Of a stretch of 30,323 nt of DNA, positions 15,919 through 25,907 are shown piece after piece. Within the stretch, counting starts at the first letter, position 1. Each line of letters starts with the position of its first letter. The DNA is from a virus (taxonomy: Duplodnaviria > Caudoviricetes), in IMG/VR virus record IMGVR_UViG_3300028837_001169, positions 1-30,323 of that record; one strand, 5' to 3'. The position numbers and the translations under genes were made by a program. Below the pieces are notes generated by a model that saw only the letters and a program-made list of their open reading frames with translations, did not search any database and was not told where the DNA came from.

Positions 15919-16091
15919 TGCCAATTATAGTACCTGACGATAAAGTTTTATATATCGGAAAACGAAAATTTAAGCCAAAAGAAAATATTCCGGCATATAT
16001 CGAAGATAAAGCAAGAGCAAATTTTGAACATATAGAATTGCCACCCGAACCGGAAACATCGGAATCATCTGAATCAGTACCGGAGGAGTAA
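15918..16091 (+). CDS. 57-aa hypothetical protein MPIIVPDDKV.. (absent from the ORF track)
   Basis: Fills the gap exactly, with TAATG coupling at both ends. Confidence 0.7.
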   Translation: MPIIVPDDKVLYIGKRKFKPKENIPAYIEDKARANFEHIELPPEPETSESSESVPEE

Positions 16092-16486
16092 TGCCAAATT
16101 TGCGTGTACGGTCAGCACAGGATGCAAGATATCTAAATGCAAAAGATTGGGGATTACCTGTAAATTTGATTTCGCCTGATGGAATAACGTATGATACGGA
16201 TATAATAACAGGCGACCAACTTAAGGCCCTTACAATCTCATATGATCGTACCACAATTGTTCCTGAAACCGGGGAAGATGTAGTTGTACCAGATCTTATA
16301 GTTACACTTTCCCGGTTATCATTAGAACAAATTCCACAATCCGGGGAATTTTGGATAGTAGAGATTCCCGAAAGTCCAACGAGTGATATTATGAAAAAAT
16401 TTATGATATCGCCGACAAAAGCAGTTGAAGGCGGAAAATCTAATGAGTATATACGTCTATATCTGCAAGAAGTGGAACAAGTATGA
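16091..16486 (+). CDS. head-tail joining/closure protein
   Basis: Synteny, size, beta-rich, SD GGAGGAG. Confidence 0.55.
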   Translation: MPNLRVRSAQDARYLNAKDWGLPVNLISPDGITYDTDIITGDQLKALTISYDRTTIVPETGEDVVVPDLIVTLSRLSLEQIPQSGEFWIVEIPESPTSDIMKKFMISPTKAVEGGKSNEYIRLYLQEVEQV

Positions 16487-17115
16487 ATTTTATTACGATT
16501 AAGAATTCTATCACAAATATTCTCGGTCTTGCAGAATCCGGACGTTATCGTACAGTCGGCTTCCAAAGACAAACGAGAGCGGCTGAGGAAGTGAAAGGCA
16601 ATAATAGACAAGTTACCGTGTTTTTCAGCCGAGGAGATTTCCCGAAAAGTTCCGGCAGGAATACTGGACCTGTTCAGCATGATATTACCTATCGGATTGA
16701 ACTTATTGTTTCATCGGCTGCAAAAATGGATCTAAGTATAATTAATAATCCATCAAGCACACCAGAACAAAAAGCGGTAGCCTTGGCGGCGGCACACGAG
16801 GCAGCGGCTTTGGCTGATGAATTAATGGATGAATTATGGTCTATAATCTATCAAATCTTGATGGATGGCCGCAATGTTGACATGGGTCTTTCTGTAGGAA
16901 CCGTAGCAAATCGTTGGATAGACTCATTTCAAAAAGATGAGCCGAGAACACGTGGAAAATTTGTTGTCCTTACAGGAATAGGAATTCTTACATTACGAAC
17001 TGGAGAACAGGTATCCGGAGATACTGGAGCGCCGGGAGCAAATATAATCAATACAACCTTCGATATCAAGGATAATATTCCCGGTATCGCAGGCGTATGG
17101 ATAGATAATACATAA
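16483..17115 (+). CDS. tail completion/terminator-like protein
   Basis: Immediately before the sheath gene. Confidence 0.5.
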   Translation: MNFITIKNSITNILGLAESGRYRTVGFQRQTRAAEEVKGNNRQVTVFFSRGDFPKSSGRNTGPVQHDITYRIELIVSSAAKMDLSIINNPSSTPEQKAVALAAAHEAAALADELMDELWSIIYQILMDGRNVDMGLSVGTVANRWIDSFQKDEPRTRGKFVVLTGIGILTLRTGEQVSGDTGAPGANIINTTFDIKDNIPGIAGVWIDNT

Positions 17116-17130
17116 GGAGGAAAAAACTAT

Positions 17131-18720
17131 ATGGGAGTAACGGTAAACAGCAAAGCGGCGATAATTGCGTCAGCTATAAGAAACCAATCTTTCACTACAA
17201 CGCCCAGGGTAGTACCAAGAAAGATTGTAATAATAGGAAACTATGATCCTGGAAAAACCGATATTGTTCCCGATCAACTTATCCAGGTAACCTCTTCAGA
17301 ACAGGTAGGCAGTATATGCGGATTTGGATCCGTAATTCACCGCCTTGCAGTTCAGGCATTCAAAGGTAGTAGGGGAGAAATTGAAACATGGATTATCCCG
17401 CAGGAAGAGGATGACCTTGGTATTCAGGCGACCGGGGATCTGGATTTTACCGGTTCTACCGGGGAAGGTGGAAATATTTCTTTATATATCGGAGGAATTC
17501 TCGATTTTCCTGTAATTATTCCCGTCGTAGATGGAGCCACAGCGGCTGAAATATGTAGCGATACGGTCGATGCAATTAATGCAATCAAAGAATTACCAGT
17601 AACGGCAGCAATTAATGTAACCCCTGAAATTTGCGATATTATAGCAAAACAAAAAGGAGCATTCGGTAATAGTATTACGATTGCCTTCAATTTGAAAGGC
17701 GAATCACTTCCTCCTGGAATAGTTGTATCCGTTAGTTATTCTCCCGCACTACAATACGCAGGGCTTACCGGAGGTGCCGGAACTTGTGATATTAAGCCAG
17801 CTCTTGATGCAATGGGTACAGGGGACAATGCAAATGAAAAGTTTTTTACAGATCCAATTCACGGATACCCATGTAATCTTGTTAATGATGATATTCTTAA
17901 TTATGTTGGCGCTGGAAATGAAAAAGTAGGACTATACAGTGAATTAGTGCATCGGCCATTTCAAACTATTGTTGGTTCGAGATTAATACAAGAATCTGGG
18001 TTGGCTACTCTTATTGCACTCGGAAATGGAAGAAAATTGGACCGTGCGAATGGAGTTCTTGGCGCACCAGGTAGTTATTCGATAGCGGAAGAAATTTCCG
18101 CACAGGCAATGGGAATAAGGGCTAGAATTGCAAATATAAGACCGGAGGAAAATTATGTTGACAGATTATTACAAGATATCGATCCGGGTGAGCCAGAAGA
18201 CAGATGGACGGATATTTACAATAATCGTGATCTTGCAGTGAAAAATGGAATTTCTCCAACAGTCGTAAGAAATGGAAATGTATATCTTCAAAATCTTATT
18301 ACTTTTTATCATCCGGATGAAGTTCCGGTAAATTCAAACGGATATGCATCATTCCGTAATCTTGCTCTTATCCAAAATCTTCTCGATTCACAATATCGTA
18401 CCTTCACTACTGAAAAATGGAAAAATTTCACGATTGTCGAAGATGTGACAAAAATTACAAGTACGGTAAGCCGTGAAAAAGTCCGAGATATCGATGCCGT
18501 ACGTGATGAGTGCGTTAAATTAATAAAAGCCTGGTATGGACTAGGCTGGATATACGAAACATCTTACGCAATACAAAGACTTTCAGATCCTGACGCAATT
18601 GTTATAAGGGGCGGAACGGATGGATTTGATATCAATCTCAAAGTAATACTCTCAGGTGAGGGATTAATTGTAAATATTACAACAGCTTTTGACACGAGCA
18701 TCGCCGTCTTAAGCGAATAA
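17131..18720 (+). CDS. tail sheath protein (Mu gpL-like)
   Basis: 529 aa; GFGSVIHRLA, TAKQKG-like AKQKGAFGN, GLTGGAG, RDLAVKNGISP. Confidence 0.88.
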   Translation: MGVTVNSKAAIIASAIRNQSFTTTPRVVPRKIVIIGNYDPGKTDIVPDQLIQVTSSEQVGSICGFGSVIHRLAVQAFKGSRGEIETWIIPQEEDDLGIQATGDLDFTGSTGEGGNISLYIGGILDFPVIIPVVDGATAAEICSDTVDAINAIKELPVTAAINVTPEICDIIAKQKGAFGNSITIAFNLKGESLPPGIVVSVSYSPALQYAGLTGGAGTCDIKPALDAMGTGDNANEKFFTDPIHGYPCNLVNDDILNYVGAGNEKVGLYSELVHRPFQTIVGSRLIQESGLATLIALGNGRKLDRANGVLGAPGSYSIAEEISAQAMGIRARIANIRPEENYVDRLLQDIDPGEPEDRWTDIYNNRDLAVKNGISPTVVRNGNVYLQNLITFYHPDEVPVNSNGYASFRNLALIQNLLDSQYRTFTTEKWKNFTIVEDVTKITSTVSREKVRDIDAVRDECVKLIKAWYGLGWIYETSYAIQRLSDPDAIVIRGGTDGFDINLKVILSGEGLIVNITTAFDTSIAVLSE

Positions 18721-18731
18721 AGGAGGACACA

Positions 18732-19115
18732 ATGGGTGATACAGCCGGAACAATACGAAAAGTATTAGTCGACGGAGTTTCATATGACGTAATGGCAGAT
18801 ACGGACGTAACTGAGACAGCATCAAAATATCTCAATGAATCAATTCCTACGTCCGGACGAAATATAAAAAAAATGACAGCCAGGGCAGAGGTAAGGGAGG
18901 GTATTGTAATTGCGTGTAATCCAAGCGAACAAAGCGTTTTGAAAAATGTAGCAGAATCTACAAAAGATGATATACCGCTTTCGTACGTAAAAGCGGATGG
19001 ATCGCAATATACCTGTGAGGGATGGATTGAATTCGAAAGCGTGACGACCATGGAAAACCGCGGCTCCATAAAAATGTATAACAGGACGGAATGGGAATCT
19101 TTCGTCGCTAATTAA
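18732..19115 (+). CDS. tail tube protein (Mu gpM-like)
   Basis: 127 aa after the sheath; TAGTIRKVLVDG. Confidence 0.78.
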   Translation: MGDTAGTIRKVLVDGVSYDVMADTDVTETASKYLNESIPTSGRNIKKMTARAEVREGIVIACNPSEQSVLKNVAESTKDDIPLSYVKADGSQYTCEGWIEFESVTTMENRGSIKMYNRTEWESFVAN

Positions 19116-19141
19116 TTACAAAACCAAGGAGGAAAAGATTA

Positions 19142-19603
19142 ATGACAAAATCTCTTAAAAAAATTGTATCCAGAATGAGAAATAATAAAAAAGAAGAATT
19201 TCAAATTTCCGAAGAATCGGCACTTAATGAAATTTGCAAATTACTCGAATATTATGATATTGATATGGAACGCCTTGAAGTCACAGACGATATCGAAGTT
19301 CAAGGAGAAAGCGTGTTATATAGCCTTATAAGATATTTCAGGCTCGGAAAGCTTAAAATAGAACAAAATGAAAAGAATTTTTTTATTACCCAGACTCTTG
19401 AAAACGGAACGGAAGTTAAATACGGGGAACCAACTGCACAAAAAAAGCGAATCATGGATAAGTGCGAAATTAAAGAACGTAATATGCGTATACAAATGTT
19501 CATGGGTGCCCTTAGTGGAATTGGTCTCGATGGAGTAGATAAATTTAACGTGCGTGATCTTGCAGTAATGGAGGTGCTAGGTAACATTTTTTTGTTAGCA
19601 TAA
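19142..19603 (+). CDS. tail assembly chaperone
   Basis: Between tube and TMP; ends at a slippery sequence. Confidence 0.75.
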   Translation: MTKSLKKIVSRMRNNKKEEFQISEESALNEICKLLEYYDIDMERLEVTDDIEVQGESVLYSLIRYFRLGKLKIEQNEKNFFITQTLENGTEVKYGEPTAQKKRIMDKCEIKERNMRIQMFMGALSGIGLDGVDKFNVRDLAVMEVLGNIFLLA

Positions 19604-19797
19604 GAAAAGACGGCAAATCAACCGTTATAAGTATTATGGATACATGGATGGGAAATATGTTTTATCGGCATCAACCTATTGATGTTATTGATAATATGAC
19701 TTATTCGGATCTGAAATATTGGAATGAATGGCACGAAATAATGATACGGGCCGAAAAAAGAGTAATTAAGGAGGCAGAATCTAAAAGAAATGCCTGA
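19588..19797 (+). CDS. -1 frameshift extension of the tail chaperone (G-T / E-E' type)
   Basis: T TTT TTG at 19588-19594; the -1 frame is open to TGA 19795-19797. Confidence 0.7.
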   Translation, partial: FFVSIRKDGKSTVISIMDTWMGNMFYRHQPIDVIDNMTYSDLKYWNEWHEIMIRAEKRVIKEAESKRNA

Positions 19798-21865
19798 TTT
19801 CGTAATTTCAACGATTTTCAAATCTCGAGATCAAATATCCGGTACTTTTGCGAAAATGTCCCGGTCTGCCGGGATTTTCGGTGATAAATCATCAAAAGCT
19901 TTTCGCAGGGCCGGAAAGGCAGGCTCAGGATTCGGTAATATTTTGAAGGGAATACTTGCGGCAGGATTCATACAGCGGGGGATCACAATGCTTACAAATG
20001 GACTTCGTGAGGTGGGCGATCAATTCATCGGACTCGATCAAAGCATAACAAGCGCATCATCAAAGTTTTCAGACCTGGATCTTAGCACAAAAGAAGGACA
20101 GAAATCTCTTGAAGAACTTAAAAAAGCAGCACGTACCACGGGGGCATTAACAGAAAAAACAGCAGCCGAAGCCGCCGGCGGTCTGGAATTTTGGGCACTT
20201 GCCGGCGTAAACGCAGCGCAGGCCATGGCATTACTTCCCGGATCTGTTAATCTTGCCACAATTGCTGAAAGAGATCTTGCAAGATCCTCTGATATTGCCT
20301 CCGATTCTTTGGGCGCTTTCGGACTAATGACAAAAGATACCGCCCAGTTGGAGAAGAACTTTACCCGCCTTCTTGATGTAATGTCAAAAACTATGACCTC
20401 TGCTAATACTGATATAGAGGCTATGTTTGAAACGACAAAAAAGGGAGGTGCTACCTTTACAGCGGCCGGTCAAAGTCTTGAAACATTCAATGCTATAGCA
20501 GGAATTCTCGCAAATAATGCTGTTAAAGGTTCAGAGGCTGGAACAATTATGAGAAATATGATGTTGCGACTTGCGGATCCCTCAAAAGAAGCGGCCGGTA
20601 TTATTAATAATCTCGGAATTACTATCAAGGATAGTCAAGGCAATTTCAGGGATGTTATTGATATAATGGCAAATTTTGAAAAAGCGACTGCAAAAATGGG
20701 AACAGCCGAAAAAACGGCAGCATTATCAACAATTTTCGGTGCAAGGGCAATAACTGGTATTAATATCCTTTTAAAGGAAGGCACCGATAAAATAAGGGAT
20801 TTCAGGGATGAACTTCTTAACGCTGGCGGTACCTCTGAAAAAATGGCAGCACTTATGCGTCAATCATTACAAAACCGTCTTGCAGCTCTTCAGTCAGCAG
20901 CTATAGAGGTTGGTTTTCAATTTGTGGAAAGCTTCGAAAAATTTGGAGGGGATGCAATAGGAAAATTCACCGAGTTTATCCGAGCAATACCTATGAGAGA
21001 AATTATGGAAAATATAGCCCGACTCGGAAAACCTATAATGATGGTAGTCGATGCCATTATGTCTTTAGGAAGTGCGATTTTTGATGTTCTCAATGTTGCT
21101 TTTTCAACCTTAACGTTTAACACTGGAAAAAATATTGATATAATAGGCACCCTTGGTGAAGTGTTCGAATTTATTTCAGGAGTCATAAAATCTTTTGCGG
21201 CCGGAATAAAATTTCTTTCCCCCGTACTCGGTCCAATCGTGGCAGTCATAGGAGCCTGGACGATCGCACAATGGGCGCTTAATATTGCCCTTTCAGCAAA
21301 TCCAATAGGAATTATTATTATCGCATTAACCGCCTTAATAGCTGCGATCGGCTGGGTTGTAACAAATTGGGAAAACTTAACCGCAGGGATAAAAAAAACA
21401 GTAGGAAAAATAGGAGCCTGGTTCGAAAAGTTTCTTGATAACGAATTTTTTACAGGAATAAAAGATTTTTTTACGAGCATTCCGGATAAAATAGTACAAG
21501 GATGGGAGAAAGTAAAGAAATTTTTCACCGATTTTTATAATAATATTTTAAAGCCAATTGGTGATTTTTTTATAAATTTCGGAAAAAAAATAGAAGAGTT
21601 TGTCGGAGGTGCTGCAAAGGGAATAGGAGATATATTCACAGGAGCTTTTGAATTGGGAAAAGATATAGGCGAGGCAATTGTGGGAAAAGAAGAACCTCCG
21701 ACTCCTGAAAGAATTGCACCAAATGAAACAGAATTGAAGGTCAAGAGTTCCCTCGAGGTTACCGGAAAAGTAGAATTCACCGGGGCACCGGAAGGAACTA
21801 CCGCATCGTTCGGGGTAACCGGGGCGCCCGATATTCCGGTTGAAGGGCTGGGACCAAATCGATGA
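19790..21865 (+). CDS. tape measure protein (TP901-family core)
   Basis: 691 aa, Ala/Gly-rich, KGSEAGT..NM, ANPIGIII motifs. Confidence 0.92.
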   Translation: MPDFVISTIFKSRDQISGTFAKMSRSAGIFGDKSSKAFRRAGKAGSGFGNILKGILAAGFIQRGITMLTNGLREVGDQFIGLDQSITSASSKFSDLDLSTKEGQKSLEELKKAARTTGALTEKTAAEAAGGLEFWALAGVNAAQAMALLPGSVNLATIAERDLARSSDIASDSLGAFGLMTKDTAQLEKNFTRLLDVMSKTMTSANTDIEAMFETTKKGGATFTAAGQSLETFNAIAGILANNAVKGSEAGTIMRNMMLRLADPSKEAAGIINNLGITIKDSQGNFRDVIDIMANFEKATAKMGTAEKTAALSTIFGARAITGINILLKEGTDKIRDFRDELLNAGGTSEKMAALMRQSLQNRLAALQSAAIEVGFQFVESFEKFGGDAIGKFTEFIRAIPMREIMENIARLGKPIMMVVDAIMSLGSAIFDVLNVAFSTLTFNTGKNIDIIGTLGEVFEFISGVIKSFAAGIKFLSPVLGPIVAVIGAWTIAQWALNIALSANPIGIIIIALTALIAAIGWVVTNWENLTAGIKKTVGKIGAWFEKFLDNEFFTGIKDFFTSIPDKIVQGWEKVKKFFTDFYNNILKPIGDFFINFGKKIEEFVGGAAKGIGDIFTGAFELGKDIGEAIVGKEEPPTPERIAPNETELKVKSSLEVTGKVEFTGAPEGTTASFGVTGAPDIPVEGLGPNR

Positions 21866-23130
21866 GCGATTGGATTGAAAGAACCCGCGGAACAATTAAG
21901 CTGACCTCTCCGGAAGGAAATATATTTGAGGCACTTTGGAGATCAAATCGTATATCTCAGGGGAAGAAAATAGGGGAATTTAATTATCCAAAAATTTTGG
22001 GCTCTGTTATTCAGGATCTTGGAGTTAATAGTACAAGATATCCCATGATTTTGTATTTTGACGGTCCTGATAATGATATCGAAGGTCAAAGATTTCAGGC
22101 CGCATTCAATGAGTCGGGAGTCTGGACGATAATCCATCCGGTACTTGGTGAAAAATTATTACAGCCTATTTCCTTTTCTCCGGATATTAATCCGACAACT
22201 TCAGGAAATGTAACCGTTTTCACAACCGAATGGATAGAACCCATTTCAGATGCTGTCATAACTTCGGTACAGGAATTAGAAGCACGGATACAAGAACAGC
22301 AAGCGAAACTTAATGCTCAGGGTGCAAGTCAATTCACGCAAATAACGAGTCAAATTGAAACCGGTGAAACCGTGGCGATCACCGATGAGTCGAATAACTT
22401 TCTTACCTCTTACGATGAATTTCTCGATGGATTGGCTCAAATCAATTCGGATATATATAATGGAGTTGTAGGAATTAAGAGAGGTATAGATAATACAATA
22501 TTGCAACCAATCATAAATACATCTGCATTATTCGGTCAATTTCAGCAAACTCTTGAACTGCCGGCACTTGTTACAAATGATTTTGAGGCACGTATTACGC
22601 CTTACATAGACTTTGCAACCGATATTTTTACCGGTTCGGAGGGAATAGCAAATACAGCAATTGGAAAAAATACGGCGGCTACAAAGGAAGCCGTATTGTC
22701 GGCTGTTATATCAACGCTTGGAACAATAGCGATAACATCTGATTTACAAACCAGACCGCAGGCAATACAGGCAGTGGAAGACATTACAAATTTATTTAAT
22801 GAAATTACAAATAATTTGGATATTATACAGAAAAACTTTTCTGATAATACGGTCAATAATCAATATTTTTCGCAAAGTCAATCATTTTCTGAAGCATCTT
22901 TACTTATAGCTTATATTTCTGCTTATCTTTTGAGAATTTCTTTAGATTTGAAAATTGAAAAACGCTTTATTCTCAAAAAAGATCGGACATCAATCGAAAT
23001 CACTATTTCCGAATACGGGGGGCTCGGAGAAAATGATAATAATCTCGATTTATTCATTTTCTCCAATAATCTAAAAAATCGTGATATTTTGATACTTCCG
23101 GCAGGAAAAGAGGTAGTTGTTTATGTCTGA
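21862..23130 (+). CDS. DNA circularization-family tail protein (Mu gpN-like)
   Basis: FNYP..IQDLG..GVWTIIHPVLG pattern after the TMP. Confidence 0.75.
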   Translation: MSDWIERTRGTIKLTSPEGNIFEALWRSNRISQGKKIGEFNYPKILGSVIQDLGVNSTRYPMILYFDGPDNDIEGQRFQAAFNESGVWTIIHPVLGEKLLQPISFSPDINPTTSGNVTVFTTEWIEPISDAVITSVQELEARIQEQQAKLNAQGASQFTQITSQIETGETVAITDESNNFLTSYDEFLDGLAQINSDIYNGVVGIKRGIDNTILQPIINTSALFGQFQQTLELPALVTNDFEARITPYIDFATDIFTGSEGIANTAIGKNTAATKEAVLSAVISTLGTIAITSDLQTRPQAIQAVEDITNLFNEITNNLDIIQKNFSDNTVNNQYFSQSQSFSEASLLIAYISAYLLRISLDLKIEKRFILKKDRTSIEITISEYGGLGENDNNLDLFIFSNNLKNRDILILPAGKEVVVYV

Positions 23131-24409
23131 CATTATCTCCTTTCCTACTGCAAATAAAAGATATCAGGTAATTGAAGGCGATACATTGAATTCTATTTCT
23201 CTTAAAGCTTACGGAATTGATTCTTATATATCGAATATCGTTGCTGCAAATCCAAAACTTTCTATAAGAGAAACAAATGATTCCGGATTGCCCGAATTAA
23301 TTATAAATGAAGTATTATTTATACCGCAAATCCCTGAAAGAAGAAATGTAAACCAGGTAAAAAATAGGAGAATAATAACAGAAAAAGAAAAGGACGATTT
23401 TACGCTTATTCTTGATGACAGGGAAATTCCTGTTTTTTCTGCGAAGTTATTATTGACTATGGATACGGCAGCGGATGGATTTTCCGCATCGATCGCATGG
23501 ATTCCGGGGCTTGATAAGGAGCTGGATGCAAGATTATTGCCCTTTAAATATCCTAAAGCTGAAATTTTTCTCGGCAATGAATTACAATTGACCGGCTACT
23601 TATATCAGGTCAATCCGGTCCTGAATAATCAAGGAAGGGTAAAAAATCTTTCAGGTGCATCATTTACGGCAGAGGCTATCGATTCAAATGTACGCCCACC
23701 TTACGAATTGAATAATATGAATTTGCAGCAAATAGCAAATAAACGATTGAAACAAATCGGATTAAAAGCTATTTTTGAAACCGCTCCGGGTGGAAAATTT
23801 GACAGGGTAACCGCTAATCCATGGGACAAGATATTCAATAATCTCACTGAACTGGCAGCACAAAGGGGAATATTAATCTCATCAACAAAAGAAGGCAACT
23901 TTTTATTTTTTCTTCCAGGATCCGGAGAAAACTGTGGAACTATAGAGGAGGGGCAGCCCTTGGCATTGTCCTTCCAGGCTAATTATAACGGCAGGCAAAG
24001 ATTCAATACTTACAAAGCGATTGGACAATCACCAGGAGCCGATGCTCAAACGGCAATGTCAATTGATGATAATGTACCTAAAACCAGGTTATTCACTTTT
24101 TCGGTTGACGATACTACTCCTGGCGATATTCAAAAAGCGGCAGACTGGAAGCGTTCAAAAATGCTTGCAGACATTTTGACTATGGCGATTCCGGTTTCTT
24201 CTTGGTATGCACCAAATGGAAAATTGTGGAAACCTAATAATTTTGTGACTGTTATTTCAGAAACCCTTGACCTGCCGGATGGAGTAACTTTACTAATCCG
24301 GTCCGTGAAGTTTTTATGTGAAGTATCAGGCACTCAGGCAATACTTGATGTAGTTCCGAAAGAAGTATATACAGGTGGAAAAATTATTGATCCATGGGGG
24401 ATAAAATGA
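23123..24409 (+). CDS. baseplate hub (Mu gpP-like) with N-terminal LysM/Tail_X-like domain
   Basis: YQVIEGDTLNSISLKAYG..IVAANP; C-terminal GKLWKPNNFVTV. Confidence 0.8.
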   Translation: MSDIISFPTANKRYQVIEGDTLNSISLKAYGIDSYISNIVAANPKLSIRETNDSGLPELIINEVLFIPQIPERRNVNQVKNRRIITEKEKDDFTLILDDREIPVFSAKLLLTMDTAADGFSASIAWIPGLDKELDARLLPFKYPKAEIFLGNELQLTGYLYQVNPVLNNQGRVKNLSGASFTAEAIDSNVRPPYELNNMNLQQIANKRLKQIGLKAIFETAPGGKFDRVTANPWDKIFNNLTELAAQRGILISSTKEGNFLFFLPGSGENCGTIEEGQPLALSFQANYNGRQRFNTYKAIGQSPGADAQTAMSIDDNVPKTRLFTFSVDDTTPGDIQKAADWKRSKMLADILTMAIPVSSWYAPNGKLWKPNNFVTVISETLDLPDGVTLLIRSVKFLCEVSGTQAILDVVPKEVYTGGKIIDPWGIK

Positions 24410-24774
24410 AAAGAATTACATTATGCGGATCGTCAAAATTTTGTGATTTAATGTCGGTTTGTGCGTGGTTGCTTGAAAAAGATGAACATGCAATAACAAT
24501 GGGATTACATTTATTACCTGATTGGTATAATGCCCCACTGGACCATTTAGCAGAGCATGAAGATTGCTCAAAGGAAATGGATGAGCTTCATAAAAGAAAG
24601 ATAGATATTTCAGATGAAATATTTGTCGTAAATTTTAACAATTATATTGGAGAGTCCACTCAAAGCGAAATTGAATATGCTAAAAAATTAGGTAAAACAA
24701 TTAGATATTATAATAATGATATTATAGGGAAAAAGGTTGATGCGATAATTAAAAAAATCAAGGAACCTAAATGA
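24406..24774 (+). CDS. nucleoside 2-deoxyribosyltransferase-fold accessory protein
   Basis: ITLCGSSKF..HKRKIDISDEIFVVN..YIGESTQSEIEYAKKLGK. Confidence 0.65.
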   Translation: MKRITLCGSSKFCDLMSVCAWLLEKDEHAITMGLHLLPDWYNAPLDHLAEHEDCSKEMDELHKRKIDISDEIFVVNFNNYIGESTQSEIEYAKKLGKTIRYYNNDIIGKKVDAIIKKIKEPK

Positions 24775-25265
24775 CAACTGGAATAATTACAGGGTATGAA
24801 ATAGGCAAAAATAAGACCGGGACTAAGGATGTTGTACTTCTCCAGGTGCGGATTACTGATAAGGATGATATTCAGACAATTGAATTGAGGAATAACCCGG
24901 GAGTTGATTCTATACCGGCCTTAGGATCAAGAGTTGTAATATTACAAATAACTCCATCCTGGAAAATTGCGGTTGCTACAAGCGATAATATAACTTCTGA
25001 TAGTTCGGACGGAGAAATGCGGCTTTATTCGCAGGATGCCGATGTCATAATGGCCTTTATGAAACTTCTAAAATCCGGTATAATAGAAATTAATGGAAAT
25101 GGAGATTTTGCCGTGAGATTTAATGCCCTTGATACGGCTTTACAGGCTTTTATCACGGATTTGAATACGAAACTTACTACGGCTTTTACGGGAGTCGGTG
25201 GGGCCTGGCCGGGAACATCTCTTGATATTTCGGGAGCAAAAGTGGATGAGGTAAAAATTATATGA
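24771..25265 (+). CDS. baseplate spike/assembly protein (Mu gp45-like)
   Basis: PGVDSIPALGSRVV..GEMRLYS. Confidence 0.7.
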   Translation: MTTGIITGYEIGKNKTGTKDVVLLQVRITDKDDIQTIELRNNPGVDSIPALGSRVVILQITPSWKIAVATSDNITSDSSDGEMRLYSQDADVIMAFMKLLKSGIIEINGNGDFAVRFNALDTALQAFITDLNTKLTTAFTGVGGAWPGTSLDISGAKVDEVKII

Positions 25266-25699
25266 GCCTTAAACGTTACCAAGGAGATCCAAGGATTTTT
25301 TTAGGGCCGGACGGTTCCTATTTCTCATATAAGGGTGGACAGCCTGAAATGGACCGGGGCTTTGAAAATCAGGTTAATATTCAATTATTTACAATGCCAG
25401 GCTGGTGTGGGAATATTTTTTTAGGGCCGGACAGTCAGGTTGGAAGTAATTTTCTTGATACTGCGAAAGGTGCAATTAATATTGATAAGCTTAACGATAC
25501 AAGACAGGCCGCAGAAAATGCATTGAAAAATCAGGCATTTGGAAAAGTTCAGGCAATAGTCACAAATCCTGAAAGCAATTTTTTGAATGTTGAAATTATA
25601 ATTGAGCCACCCGGAAAGGATATACAACGCCTTGTATTATTAAGAAATTGGAATAATTGGATAGAGCAGGCTAATGACCCGGCTTACAGGAAGGAATAA
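25262..25699 (+). CDS. baseplate protein (Mu gp46-like)
   Basis: QVNIQLFT..GWCGN..VGS motif. Confidence 0.75.
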   Translation: MSLKRYQGDPRIFLGPDGSYFSYKGGQPEMDRGFENQVNIQLFTMPGWCGNIFLGPDSQVGSNFLDTAKGAINIDKLNDTRQAAENALKNQAFGKVQAIVTNPESNFLNVEIIIEPPGKDIQRLVLLRNWNNWIEQANDPAYRKE

Positions 25700-25905
25700 T
25701 GAAAAATATTAATATCGAGATGACTGATGAATTATGGAAATTATTCAACAAAATCACAGAGGAAGTAAATATGCTAAGACCGGATACTATTAGGGATGTG
25801 GCTTTAATTTTTTTTATTGAAAGTGGAATTAAGCATTTTAGCATGGGGAGAAATACTCTTGAACGATTGCAAGAAATAGAAAATCAATTATCTGGGGAGA
25901 AATAA
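25699..25905 (+). CDS. small hypothetical protein (RHH-like N-terminus?)
   Basis: Translationally coupled; MKNINIEMTDELWKLF. Confidence 0.5.
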   Translation: MKNINIEMTDELWKLFNKITEEVNMLRPDTIRDVALIFFIESGIKHFSMGRNTLERLQEIENQLSGEK

Positions 25906-25907
25906 AT

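Noticed and set aside
15970-16680. 236-aa minus-strand ORF (and other antisense ORFs in the track)
   Set aside because: Shadows of well-supported + strand structural genes, with no SD or motifs
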